Positions 37,226 to 49,441 of a stretch of 64,000 nt of DNA are shown here, one piece after another. Made by a program: the position numbers and the translations under genes. Source of the stretch: Octopus vulgaris (Eukaryota). Numbering within the stretch: position 1 is the stretch's first letter; every line of letters starts with the position of its first letter. The stretch spans positions 59,706,001 through 59,770,000 of the forward strand of contig OX597821.1 of NCBI GenBank assembly GCA_951406725.2. The letters run 5' to 3'. Below the pieces are notes generated by a model. The model searched no databases and was not told the DNA's origin. It was given only the letters and a program-made list of their open reading frames with translations.

Positions 37226-40199
37226 CTCCAGGAAACTGCATGGTTGCAAAGTGAGCTTCTTAACCATACAGCCATGCCTGCACCTATGTAATCTTTTTTC
37301 CTTTCCTTTCCTTTCTACATGAACTATTTTAAGCTAGTACTTGATTTTAAATCTTTAAAATCAAATTGTTTCATAGGGTCAGTCTCAAAATGCTGAACTT
37401 TATGAAGGAGACAACAGAGGACCGAGATATGTGACACATTGCTGTACTCAAGAAGACCCACCTACCACAACAGAATTGAGATCCTAAAATCAAGGTGCCA
37501 TGTAAAAAGCATTGGTGTCGGTGCTGGTGCCATGTAAAACGTATTCATGTTGGTGCCACATAAAAAGCACCCAGTACACTCTGTGGAGTGGTTGGCATTA
37601 GGAAGGGCATCCAGTCGTAGAAACCATGCCAGAACAGACAATGGAACCTGGTGTGACCCCTGGCCTTACCAGTTTCTGTCAAGCCATTCAACCCATGCCA
37701 GCATTGAAAATGGATGTTAAATGATGAGGATAATAATTGAACTAAAAGTTAAATTATTGTATCTGGGAGCAAACACTATAATGCGTCGGATCACTTTCAA
37801 GCAAAGTAAAAAGATAATGCATCGACTGCCTATGCATTTAACTTAGCATATCTGATGGCATAAAAGACACATGAAGATATTAGATGTACCTTAATTTCAG
37901 CAGCACACACTGAAGACAAAAGTTTATAGCATTTTAAAGCATGTAATAGCTCCACATTTAAGAAAATGTGTGTGATTTTAAGAAACACAACAGCTATATG
38001 CTAAAAAAAACTTGTCAGTCTGGCTAAAGGTCCTGGCAGACAAAATGGAAAAGGTATTGCCCCACAGGATGGTGAGGGAGACATGATGGAGAACAGCCAC
38101 ACACCAATTCACAGCACTCATACTTGCAGACAGCCATCTCTGCCCTGAGAGCAGCAAGTTGGGATGTATCATTCTATATTTTTGAGATGAGGAATTCTGT
38201 ACATTATTTACATTGGACAGATATTTCCTCATCTTGTTTGTTGTAAGTAATGTAAATAATGTACAGAATTCAATCCAGCTCTCTGTATAGGTTGGTGGGG
38301 GAAGAGATTGTTCTCATATGTTTTGCTGAGCACTTAAAACATACACATTCCAATAGTCTGTATAAGTTGTATTCAAGAAAAAGAAACATAACCTGAAAAC
38401 ACTTTTGAATATTTTGAATAAATAAGGTAGTACATTAAGTGCAGAGGCCAACGATTTCGATATTTATTCAGAGATTTCGACTCTCTTTAGATTAAACAAC
38501 AAGCTATTTGAAAAGGTAGAATGTGCTTAAACAAATCCTTTCTTTTATAAACAATCACAAAATGTAGATCACTTTTATTACTAAAGTGAATCAATAATAC
38601 ATACCACAGCAATATCATACGAAATAGTTTAAACAACACAAATTATAAAGATTCTTCTAAGAGGAGATATATATCCCAAATGTTGGATCTTTCCTTTCGT
38701 CAAAACATACAAACAACCCATAGCTATCATTATCAAGCAAGCATGTCTTGGTAGCATGAATAATAATAATAATAATAATAATTTATTCTTTTATTAGCCC
38801 TAAGGGCTAATATAAATATTACATAAAAGACAACACAAGATGATACAAAGGGTTTTAATGATCGTTTCTACTAAAGGTACAAGGCCTGAAATTTGTGGGG
38901 AGGGGACTGCTCGATTGCATCAACCCCAGTGTTCCACTAGTTTTTAATTTATCAACTCTGAAAGGATGAAAGGCAAAGCTGACCTTAGTGGAATTTGAAC
39001 TCAGAACGTAGTCTAGTAATAAGAATAATACTAATTGGTATAGCATTGATTTTTCCCTGCACTTCTGTCCTCAATCCTCACCTGTTTCCAAGCAGATATG
39101 TTCACAAAATAGTGAAACTGAATGACATTGTTTCTATAAGAGTGACACTTTTTCACAACTACTACTCAAGGAGAACCCAAAATACACACACACACACGAC
39201 AGGTTTCTTTCAGTTTCCATCTACCAAATCCACTCACAAGACTTTGATCAACCCAGGGCTGTAGAAAACACTTGTACAAGGCATTGTTCATTGTGGACTT
39301 TGTTTTTCATCTGTATAGCTTTACTCATAGCCATGTATGAACCTCTTGAGGTATTGAGTTTCCTGTGAGTAGGGGATGTGGAGGCCCATGTCCAAAAGGA
39401 TAGTCACCTCCTTAGCTATTTGCAGTGGGTCATGAGTGAAGAACTCAGTGGCATAGCATTGGTTTTGGCCACCCATTTCCTTACCCAGGGTATGAGATGT
39501 TTTGACACTGCCTACTTGGCGTCACTGATTCGATGCTGACTTATTTGACATCAGACATTTTAATCTTACTTGTGCTTTAGTTTTTCTCTTAACCTCTCAC
39601 TTCCCCGCCCACCACTTTCTACTTTAGCTTTTCTCTCCCTTCCCCTCCCCTTCTTTCTCTGCTTATGTGTGTGAGTATATTTCTCTTTGTGTGTACAAGG
39701 AAAAGAGAGTGTCTATGCCAACTGCTTTCAATTCCCTCTCTCTCTCTTTCGGAGAGGCACAAGCACCTACACGGCAGTAACTTCCGCCTGCCGAATTCAA
39801 TCACAAAGCTTCGGTCGGCTCGGGGCTATAGTGGAAGACACCTACCCAAAGTGCCACGCAGTGGGACTGAACCCGAAACCATATAGTTAGGAAGCAAGCT
39901 CCCTAACCACACAGCCATGCCTGTCCCCTCCACACCTCTCTCTCTCCCCCTCTCTCTCTCCCTCCCTCCCTCCTCTCTCTCTCTTCTCTGTTTATGTGTG
40001 TGAGCATCTAGTTATGCTTGTATGTGTAATGTCTCTCTCTCCTTCCTTCTCTTGCTCACACTCTCCCTCTACATGAATATTTCTGTATATCTCTACATGC
40101 ATATGTGTATGTGTGTGAGTGTGTTTGCCTCCAGTGCCAAAAATGTCAACAAAACAGACTGAAAGTTCAGTCAGCTTGACCAAATCGATAGTGTCACTT

Positions 40200-40690
40200 C
40201 CCAAGTAAAATAAATAAATGCGCTCTTTTAAAACCTAGCCAGGCTCATGGGCCCAGTTTCTCAGTTTCTAAGGCGTATGTGATCCCCAGCTGGACGGGAC
40301 ACCAGTCCATCACAGCTTTACTCATTTTTGCCAGCTGAGTGGACTGGAGCAATGTGAAATGAAGTGTTTTGCTCAAGAACACAACGCGTCGCACGGTCCA
40401 GGAATCAAAACCACAATCTTACGATCTTGATGCTGACACCCTAACCACTAAGCCACATACCTCCACTTCACTACCTAAGTATCCACACTAAATTACATGT
40501 GTGTTTGTGGTTAGGGTAATCCACTCATGATTGTAAGGTTGTGAGTTTAATTCCTGGTGATGTGGTGTGTTCTTGAGCAAGACACTCTATTTCATGTTGC
40601 TCCATTCTACTCAGCTGGCAAAAATTAGTTGTACTTGTTATTCAAAGGGCCAGCCTTGTCACATTCTGTGTCATGATGAATCTCCCTGAA
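40200..40690. mobile_element. Head-to-head pair of tRNA-derived SINE family C copies (gtgttcttgagcaagacact domain)
   Basis: 40200-40465 on minus and 40500-40690 on plus; relatives at ~31890-32125, 51207-51500, 63419-63960. Confidence 0.7.
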
Positions 40691-41238
40691 ACATGTTTGC
40701 AGCTGTCTGACTGGCAGGATGAAGCGGCTGACCTCCTCTGTTCGAAGGTTTATAATGGACGCAGTTTGTGTGTCAAATAGCTAGCTTGAGGCGGTGGCTT
40801 CATGGAGCTAATCAGCGACAGCTTTAGTCTTATATTTATAAGACTGCCATATTAGTATGGCGATAACTATTAATTTCCAGTAACGCTGCCGTAATCTCCT
40901 TTAGAGAGACTTAGTAATTTTAATATTTCTATTATTGAAAACAAGTGGATGTATTCCACTGAAACTAGGTAAATAGATTCTTCGAACAGGGACAGTCAGT
41001 AGCGACACCTGCTGGGTCTGACTACACTGCATTGATAAAGGGCAAATACCCTGAAACATGTCTGCAGCTGTCTGACTGGCAGGATGAAGTGGCTGACCTC
41101 CCCTGTTTGAAGGTTTATAATGGACGCAGTTTGTGTGTCAAATAGCTAGCTTGAGGCGGTGGCCTCATGGAGCTAATCAGCGACAGCTTTAGTCTTATAT
41201 TTATAAGACTACCATATTAGTATGGCGATAACTATTAA
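40685..41238 (+). mobile_element. Penelope-like tandem unit: ~190-bp direct repeats (40685-40873, 41050-41238) with degenerate hammerhead
   Basis: 41027-41067 ctgca-TTGATAA-aggg-caaata-ccct-GAAA-catg-TC-tgcag. Confidence 0.65.
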
Positions 41239-41342
41239 TATATATATATATACACACACATATATATATATATATGTATACACATATATATACTCTTAAC
41301 TCTTTTACTTGTTTGTCATTTGACTGTGGCCATGCTGGAGCA

Positions 41343-41382
<40 letters not shown>

Positions 41383-42189
41383 ACAATATTAATATTAATG
41401 ATTACTATAAAGTAGCAAAGCATTACCTTTCATTCTTTATATATAAATATTATATATAGCTTTACATGGACCGACTCATACTTTCACCTGTGCTGATTAA
41501 TAATCATTTGCAGTTGCAACCCTACTACAAAACAGGTGCAGGTGTTTCAGGGTCTTCACTTGAAATCCTTCAATTTGACCGTTTAAAGATTTCCTTTTAT
41601 CTACTCTGTGCTGTATGATGTAGAGCTGTCCTTTAAGTTAGACGCAAACTATCTCCAGGAAATTTATATGGTTATGGTAATATATTTAGAATTATCCAAC
41701 AGAATATTCCTCTAATTTCTTATCTTATCAGAGCTTTATTAGATTTATATGTCAATGTTGAATAACCTATTTTCAATACCTGAGAGCAAACTGGTAATCA
41801 TTTTGGGGTAATCCCTTACTATTTACAATTATATATATACATATATAACATTAGTAGCTGATATGTGTGTAAAAGAAAACTGTAAAACATCGGAGCCTGG
41901 AATTCCCCATTCACCGAATAGGGGCATGCCACTAACTTCAGGAACCATCATTGTTGGAAGCGATATAAAGGAGATAATGCCATACCACATGAAACCCTAG
42001 CTGCAAGGTCATTCTGGATGTATATTTTTTGTTTACAAAATCAACTGACCATGACATTTTCCTCCCGCTGGTTGTAGAGAGGTTATAAGCCTCCAGCCAT
42101 TTAAGTCTGTTGAGTCACCTATACCGCAAAGCGCTTTATAGGTGTGAAACCAATGGTCACTCTCTGACTGGCCATAGCAATCAACTCTG

Positions 42190-42219
42190 TGTGTGTGTCT
42201 ATGTATGTCTGTGTGTATG

Positions 42220-42266
<47 letters not shown>

Positions 42267-42311
42267 GTATGTATATATGTATGTATGTATATATGTATGT
42301 ATGTATATATG

Positions 42312-42366
<55 letters not shown>

Positions 42367-42425
42367 ATATATGTATGTATGTATGTATGTATATGTATGT
42401 ATATATATATATGTATGTATGTATG

Positions 42426-42462
<37 letters not shown>

Positions 42463-42555
42463 ATATGTATGTATGTATATATATATGTATGTATGTATAT
42501 ATGTATGTATGTATGTATATATATATGTATGTATGTATATATATATATATGCATG
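42190..42555. repeat. (TA/TATG)n compound microsatellite
   Basis: direct reading. Confidence 0.97.
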
Positions 42556-42557
42556 TA

Positions 42558-43827
42558 CGAGGGACGTTCAATAAGTAATGCCTCTGACCCACTTGCAGTT
42601 GTTGGATCTAGCTGAAATTTTGCATGTGCAATCATTTATATCTCTATAGAGTAAGTGGCAAATTACAGCTCTGAATTAATTGTGGTTTCTGATTTACAGG
42701 TGTTTGAACCGAGTCAAGTGTGAAATGGAGCCTGTTGAGTGTCGAGCAGTGATGCGGTTTTTGTATTTGAAAGGACGCACACCACGGGAGACTTTTGATG
42801 AAATGAAAGTAACTTATGGTGATGATGCACCATCATATGACCTTGTAAAACGCTGGCATCGTGAATTCAAACATGGTCGGAACTCTGTGGAAACAGCTCC
42901 CAGATCTGGTCGCCCCTTTTGCCATTGATGAGGCATCTGTCCGTCAAGTTGAGGCTGCCATTTTGGAAGATCGACGCATAATTATTCGCCAAATAGCTCA
43001 TGAGGTCAAGATTAGTACCGGGTCTGTGGAAACTATCATTCATGACCATTTGCATATGCAAAAGGTGTCTGCCAGATGGATTCCCAGGTTGCTCACGCCT
43101 TTCCAGAAGCAAGAACGCGTCAAGTGCTCGAGGGTGAATTTGGAGATGTGCCAAGAAGATGAGTCAAAATTTTTCAAAAGACTGATTACACAGGATGAAA
43201 CCTGGGTCCATCACGATGATCCAGAGACCAAAGCCCAGTCAATGCAGTGGAAGCACCGTGACTCACCCCCTCCAAAGAAGGCAAGGGTGCATGCTCACAG
43301 TCTTCTGGGACCAGGACGGAGTAGTGATGACAGATTTCCTGGCAAAGGGTACCACAATTGCAGGAGCCTATTATGCTTCACTTTTGAGGAAATTAAGAGA
43401 AGTTATCAAAATCAAGAGGTGGGGCAAGATCAGCAAAAACATCCTCCTCCTGCAGGACAACGCTCCGGTCCACAACTCGCTTGTCGCCAGATCAGAAGCA
43501 CAGGCGTATGGCTATGAACTCCTCCCCCATCCCCCTACTTTCCTGACCTTGCACCCTCTGATTTTCACCTCTTCCCAGTCATGAAGTTGTTTTTGAAAGG
43601 AAAGCGTTTCCCAGATGATGCAGCCTTAATTTCTGAAGTCACGTTCAGGTTGGAGGACAAAGCTGGGGTCTTCTACAAAAACGGTCTCCAGAGCTGCATC
43701 AAACAATGGGAGAAATGTGTAACTCTGGGTGGTTCCTATGTAGAAAAAGACTAATAACTGTGCCAAGTTTCGTTGCTCTACTGCTATGGGAAGTGGGTCA
43801 GGGGCATTACTTATTGAACACCCCTCG
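42558..43827 (+). mobile_element. Near full-length mariner element (1270 bp, irritans/Himar-like)
   Basis: TA|CGAGGGACGTTCAATAAGTAATGCC...GGCATTACTTATTGAACACCCCTCG|TA TIRs with TA duplication. Confidence 0.95.
42725..43754 (+). pseudogene. DD34D mariner transposase, frameshifted
   Basis: MEPVECRAVMRFLYLKG...RSGRP / KVSARWIPRLLT / ITQDETWVHH / MLTVFWD / LLLQDNAPVH / PDLAPSDFHLF / GGSYVEKD*; several frameshifts. Confidence 0.92.
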
Positions 43828-44022
43828 TATATATGTATGTATGTATATATATATATGTATGTATATATATATATGTATGTGTATATATATGTATGTATAT
43901 ATATATGTATGTATACATATATATATGTATGTATATATATATGTATGTATATATATATATATATATGTATGTATATATATATGTATGTATATATATATAT
44001 GTATGTATATATATATATATGT

Positions 44023-44058
<36 letters not shown>

Positions 44059-44105
44059 GTATATATATATGTATGTATATATATATATATATATGTATGT
44101 ATATA

Positions 44106-44156
<51 letters not shown>

Positions 44157-44400
44157 ATATATATGTATATATACATGTATATATATGTATGTATATATAT
44201 ATGTATATATACATGTATATATATGTATGTATATATATATGTATATATACATGTATATATATGTATGTATATGTATGTATATGTATGTATATATGTATGT
44301 ATATGTATGTATATATACATGTATATATATGTATGTATATGTATATATATGTATATCCATATATATATGTATATATATTTATATGTATATATATGTATAT
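43828..44400. repeat. (TA/TATG)n compound microsatellite
   Basis: direct reading. Confidence 0.97.
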
Positions 44401-44842
44401 GCATCACATAAAAGTGCACCATTCAAGTATGATCATTACCAGCATCGCCTTACTGGCACTTGTGCATGTGCTAGTAGGGTGCTAATCCGAGCGTGATCGT
44501 TGCCAGAGCAGCCAACTGGCTTCCGTACCCGTGGCAGATAAAAGGGCACCATTCGAACATGATCGTTACCAACGTCGCCTCACTGGCACCTGTGCCGGTT
44601 GCACATGTAAAAATGATTCGAGCAAGGTCGTTGCCAGTACCGCCTGACTGCCGCCCGTGCTGGTGGCACGTAAAATCACCCACTACACTCTCGGAGTGGT
44701 TGGTGTTAGGAAGGGCATCCAGCTGTAGAAACTCTGCCAGATCAAGATTGGAGCCTGGTGCAGCCATCTGGTTCGCCAGTCCTCAGGCAGAATCGTCTAA
44801 CCCATGCTAGCACGAAAAGCGGACATTAAACGATGATGATGA
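44401..44842 (+). mobile_element. RTE LINE 3' UTR copy
   Basis: aaggg catccagctgtagaaactctgccag...gacattaaacgatgatgat. Confidence 0.85.
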
Positions 44843-44910
44843 TATGTATATATATGTATATGTATATATATATTTATATATATATATGTATATATGTATA
44901 TGTATATATT

Positions 44911-44941
<31 letters not shown>

Positions 44942-45134
44942 GTGTGTGCATGTATATATATATATATATGCATATCATCATTATCATCATTATCGTTTAA
45001 TGTCTGTTTTCCATGCTAGCATGGGTTGGACGGTTTGACCGGGTTCTGGGAAGCCAGGAGCTGCACCAGGCTCCAGTCTGATCTGGCAGTGTGGAGCACC
45101 AGCATGACTACAGTCAAATGACTGAAACAAGAAC

Positions 45135-45187
<53 letters not shown>

Positions 45188-46372
45188 TGTGGCTATGTGG
45201 TAAGTAATTAAGGTGGCGAGCAGGCAGAGACATTAGTACGCCGGGCGAAATGCTTAGTGGTATTTCGTCTGCCGTTACATTCTGGTTGACTTTGCCTTTC
45301 ATCCTTTCGGGGTTGATTACATAAGTACCAGTTATATGCTGGGGTTGATGTAATTGACTTAATCCCTTTGTCTATCCTTGTTTGTCCTCTCTGTGTTTAG
45401 CCCCTTGTGGGTAGTAAAGAAATAGGTATTTCATTTGCTGTTACGTTCTGAGTTCAAATTCTGCCGAGGTCAACTTTGCCTTTCATCCTTTCGGGATCGA
45501 TTAAATAAGTACCAGTTATACGCTAGGGTCGATGTAATTGACTTAATCCCTTTGTCTGTCCTTGTTTGTCTCCTCTATGTTTAGCCCCCTGTGGGCAATA
45601 AAGACATAAATGGTGTGTGGTAAGAAGCTTGCTTCCCAACCACATGGTTCCAGGTTCAGTTCCACTGTGTTGAACCTTGGTCAAGTATCTTCTACTATAG
45701 CTTCAGACCAACCAAAGCCTTGTGAGTGGATTTGGTAGATGAAAACTGAAAAGAAGCCCATCATATACATGTGTGTGTATGTGTTTTGTGTCTATGTTTG
45801 TTCCCCCATCACAACTTGACAACCAGTGTTGGTGTGTTTACATCCCCATAACTTAACAGTTTGGCAAAAGAGACTGATAGAATAAGTGCTAGGCTTAAAA
45901 CAAAATAAGTCCTGGGGTCGATTTATTCAACTAAAAAGAACCTTCAAGGCAGTGCTCCAGCATGACCACAGTCAACTGACTGAACAAGTAAAAGGAATAA
46001 AAGAATATTATATATATATAGGCGTAGGAGTGGCTGAGTGGTAAGTAGCTTGTTTACAAACTACATGGTTCCAGGTTCAGTCCCACTGTGTGGCACCTTG
46101 GGCAAGTGTTTTCTGCTATAGCCTTGGGTCGACCAAAGCCTTGTGAGTGGATTTAGTAGACGGAAACTGAAAGAAGCCCGTCGTATATACGTGTGTGTGT
46201 ATATGTTTGTGTGTCTGTGTTTGTCCCCCCAACATCGCTAGACAACCAATGCTGGTGTATTTACGTCACCGTAACTTAGCGGTTCAGCAAAAGAGTCCGA
46301 TAGAAAAGTACTAGGTTTACAAAGAATAAGTCCTGGGGTCAAATGACTGAAACAAGTAAAAAGAATAAAGAG
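45188..46372 (+). mobile_element. SINE cluster: family B dimer (45210-45610) inserted in the head of a family A copy, followed by another family A copy (46020-46372)
   Basis: tgtggtaag occurs on both sides of the B dimer; family motifs as above. Confidence 0.75.
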
Positions 46373-46379
46373 TATATAT

Positions 46380-47497
46380 AAGGAGAAATTTCCTGTGTGG
46401 GAGCAAGGCCTAGAATCAAAGGGCCTTAGAGTTAATCTTGCAAAAACCAAAGTCTTAGTAAGTAGGAAAGCAGATGAATCTCAAATTCCTGCAGATAGTT
46501 GACCCTGCTCGATCTGTAGAAAAGGTGTAGAGTTAATCTTGCAAAAACCAAAGTCTTAGTAAGTAGGAAAGCAGATGAATCTCAAATTCCTGCAGATAGT
46601 TGACCCTGCTCGATCTGTAGAAAAGGTAAGATGTACCCAGTGTAAGCTGTGGACACATTAGAGGTGCAGCAATATCAGACGGAGGTTAACAAGAAAAATA
46701 GTTTTTGTGTTTGGAAGGTGCACAGGTACAATAAACACTATAAATGTGCAGAAAATAGACTCCATGAAATGCCAGTGAAGTAAGCTAGGGGTAGTTGGTA
46801 GTTTCCGTTATCTAGGTGACCAAGGTGGATGCTCCAAGAGCGTAGCTGTGAGAATAAGAATAGGCTGGGAAAAGTTCCTACCTCTGTTGGTAACAAAGGG
46901 CTTCTCTCTCAGAGTGAAAGGCATAGGCTGTGAGTACTGAGGACATATGTAGGCTTGAACGAAATGAAGTTAATATGCTTCATTGGATGTGCAATGTGAG
47001 TGTGCATGTATGACAGTGTGTAAGCATCTTTGAGAGAAAAGTTGGACATGAGGCATCAGATTTTCCGTGCAAGGGAGACGACTGCATTGGTATGGTCATG
47101 TGATGCGTATGGTAGAGGACAGCTGTGTAAAGAAGTGCCAATCTCTAACTGTGGAGGGAACCTGTGGAAAAGGTAGTCTCAGGAAGACATGGGACCAGAT
47201 GGTGAAGCATGATCTTCGAATGTTTGGCCTCATGGAGGTGATGACAAGTGATCAAAACCTCTAATGATATACTGTGTGTGAGAAGACTTGTCACGCTAAG
47301 TGATAATCATAGTTGTGGCTGTGTTGGTGTCATGTAAAAGCACCCATTACATTCCTGTAGTAGCTGGTGTTAGGAAGGACATCCAGCCGTAGAAACCATA
47401 CCAAATCAGACAGAGACCAGGTGCAGCTTATCAGCTCCAGTCAAACCGCCTAACCCATGCCAGCATGGAGAGTAGACGTTAAATGATGACGATGATT
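46380..47497 (+). mobile_element. RTE LINE 3' fragment with 100-bp internal tandem duplication
   Basis: GLESKGLRVNLAKTKVL, FRYLGD, RRLHWYGHVMRM...; 46427-46526 = 46528-46627. Confidence 0.85.
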
Positions 47498-48087
47498 ATA
47501 CACACACACGCATATGTGTATGTGTGCGTGCGACGTGCTTCCACACATTTCCTCTGACGAAATTCACTCACAAGGTTTTGGTAGTTCTAGACTATAGTAA
47601 AAGACACTTGCTCAGGGGCCGCACAATGGACCGAATCTGAAACCACGGGGTTGCAAAGTAAACTTATCAACTACACCACTATGTAGGGGACACAATGAGT
47701 AATATTTACTGCATTTTTTAACTTTGGGAAAAAAATATTTTTCACAAATGTTCACTCCCTAATAACAACTGTATCAGATAAGCAAATGACGATCTTTAAA
47801 TACATAAAAAGTACTATAACGTATTCAGAATACTATTTCCACAACTGTGCTGATCAATGTTTTACTCCTAATGACGATGCAACAGTATTAAATAATGAAA
47901 AATAAACTTGAGAAATAACAGGGCGGGGGGAATAGAAATTACTCATTTTGCCCCACATTTATATTATTGTTTCGTTGGATATTGTGAAGGTGAAGCGAAT
48001 TGCAACTTGCAAATAAATGAAAAAATATCGTATGTATGTATATAAATATATGTGTGTGTGTGTGTGTATATATATATACATATATAA

Positions 48088-48438
48088 GAGTGGCTGTGTG
48101 GTAAGTAGCTTGCTTACGAACCACATGGTTCCGGGTTCCGTCCCACTGCATGGCACCTTAGGCAAGTGTCTTCTACTATAGCCTTTTGAGTGGATTTGGT
48201 GGACGGAAACTAAAAGAAGCCCGTCGTATATATGTATATATATATGTATGTCTGTGTTTGTCCCCCCAACATCGCTTGACAACCGATGCTGGTGTGTTTA
48301 TGTCCCCGTAACTTAGCGGTTCGGCAAAAGGGACAGATAGAATAAGTACTAGACTTAGAAAGAATAAGTTCTCGGGTCGATTTGCTCGACTAAAGGCGGT
48401 GCTCCAGCATGGCTAGTCACATGACTGAAACAAGTAAA

Positions 48439-48440
<2 letters not shown>
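48088..48440 (+). mobile_element. SINE family A copy
   Basis: same structure as 17359-17771. Confidence 0.85.
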
Positions 48441-48505
<65 letters not shown>

Positions 48506-48517
48506 TACATATCTATA

Positions 48518-49212
48518 GGTAACGCTGGCGCCAGATGGGGCAAAATCGCGAGATATTCGTCGAACTCATACAAGCATTTAAAAGAAAACCAGACAACGAA
48601 TGATAAATACTTGTGTGCGCGGGTGCGCAGACGTGTGTGTTTGCGCGCGCGTATGTGAATGTGAATGTGTGTGTGTGTGAGAGAGAGAGAGAGACTGTGT
48701 GCGCGTGTTTTTGTGGAGATCTGTGAGTGTACGTGTTATCTGTTTTGCTCGATGGCACTTAGCTGTCCCCGCTACCACTTCTGTTCAGTATAAATTGCAT
48801 TGTGAAACTAGTTGACAATATAGGTCTGTTGAATGTAGTCCGGTCGATGTTAAGCAGGTGAGGCGGATGTGCTGAGCTGCGAATTACCTGATATTGTTCA
48901 ACTTGTGACGACATGTTATTGTGTCTGTGTGTGCGCAAGTGATAGTAAAACAAGTATTATTTAACATGTAGGCGAGGTCAGTCGTCTTCGTGACAGAATC
49001 TTATAAATTTATATCAACTGCAGCAACAATAATGATAGTTGTTACGAACTGTGTTCGAATCAGTAATCAGATATATCTATCAGCCACCTGCAGGCATTAG
49101 GATCAGGAACTTATTTGATAATAAACAAACTGTTAAAAGAAACAGCCAAAGGAATAATACAACTTCTAACCAACAGCAGAGCAGACGAATCATACATAAC
49201 TGGATATCCAAG
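48518..49212 (+). promoter_or_regulatory. Putative promoter/5' UTR of clarin-like exon B
   Basis: CpG-rich, free of interspersed repeats; ATCGCGAGA (48545-48553), GCGCCAGATGGGGCA (48528-48542), TCAGTA Inr-like near 48785. Confidence 0.5.
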
Positions 49213-49441
49213 ATGGAAAAGACAAAACGTTGCTATGTTCGAGTAACTCTGTTCTTTGTACTCGTTGCATTTGCGTGTCTTTTTGCCTCTCTAACAACGG
49301 ATCACTGGGTGCAGGTTAATCCAGAAATTCATGTAGGCAACGTGACTGCTAATAAAACAACTGCATACATATATTTTGGCCTCTTCTCGGGCAGTCGTAA
49401 TCTTGATGTTGGGAATGGCGAGCGTATTAGAAGTCTCAAAG
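49213..49441 (+). CDS. CLRN: Clarin-like tetraspan protein, first coding exon B (76 aa + 1 nt)
   Basis: MEKTKRCYVRVTLFFVLVAFACLFASLTTDHWV...NVT/NKT sequons...YIYFGLFSGSRNLDVGNGER; donor G|GTAAGA at 49442, phase 1; ~32/79 identical to exon A by manual alignment. Confidence 0.88.

Noticed and set aside
42033-44496. Long YI/YM/HT-rich ORFs of 130-260 aa
   Set aside because: Translations of TA/TATG microsatellites
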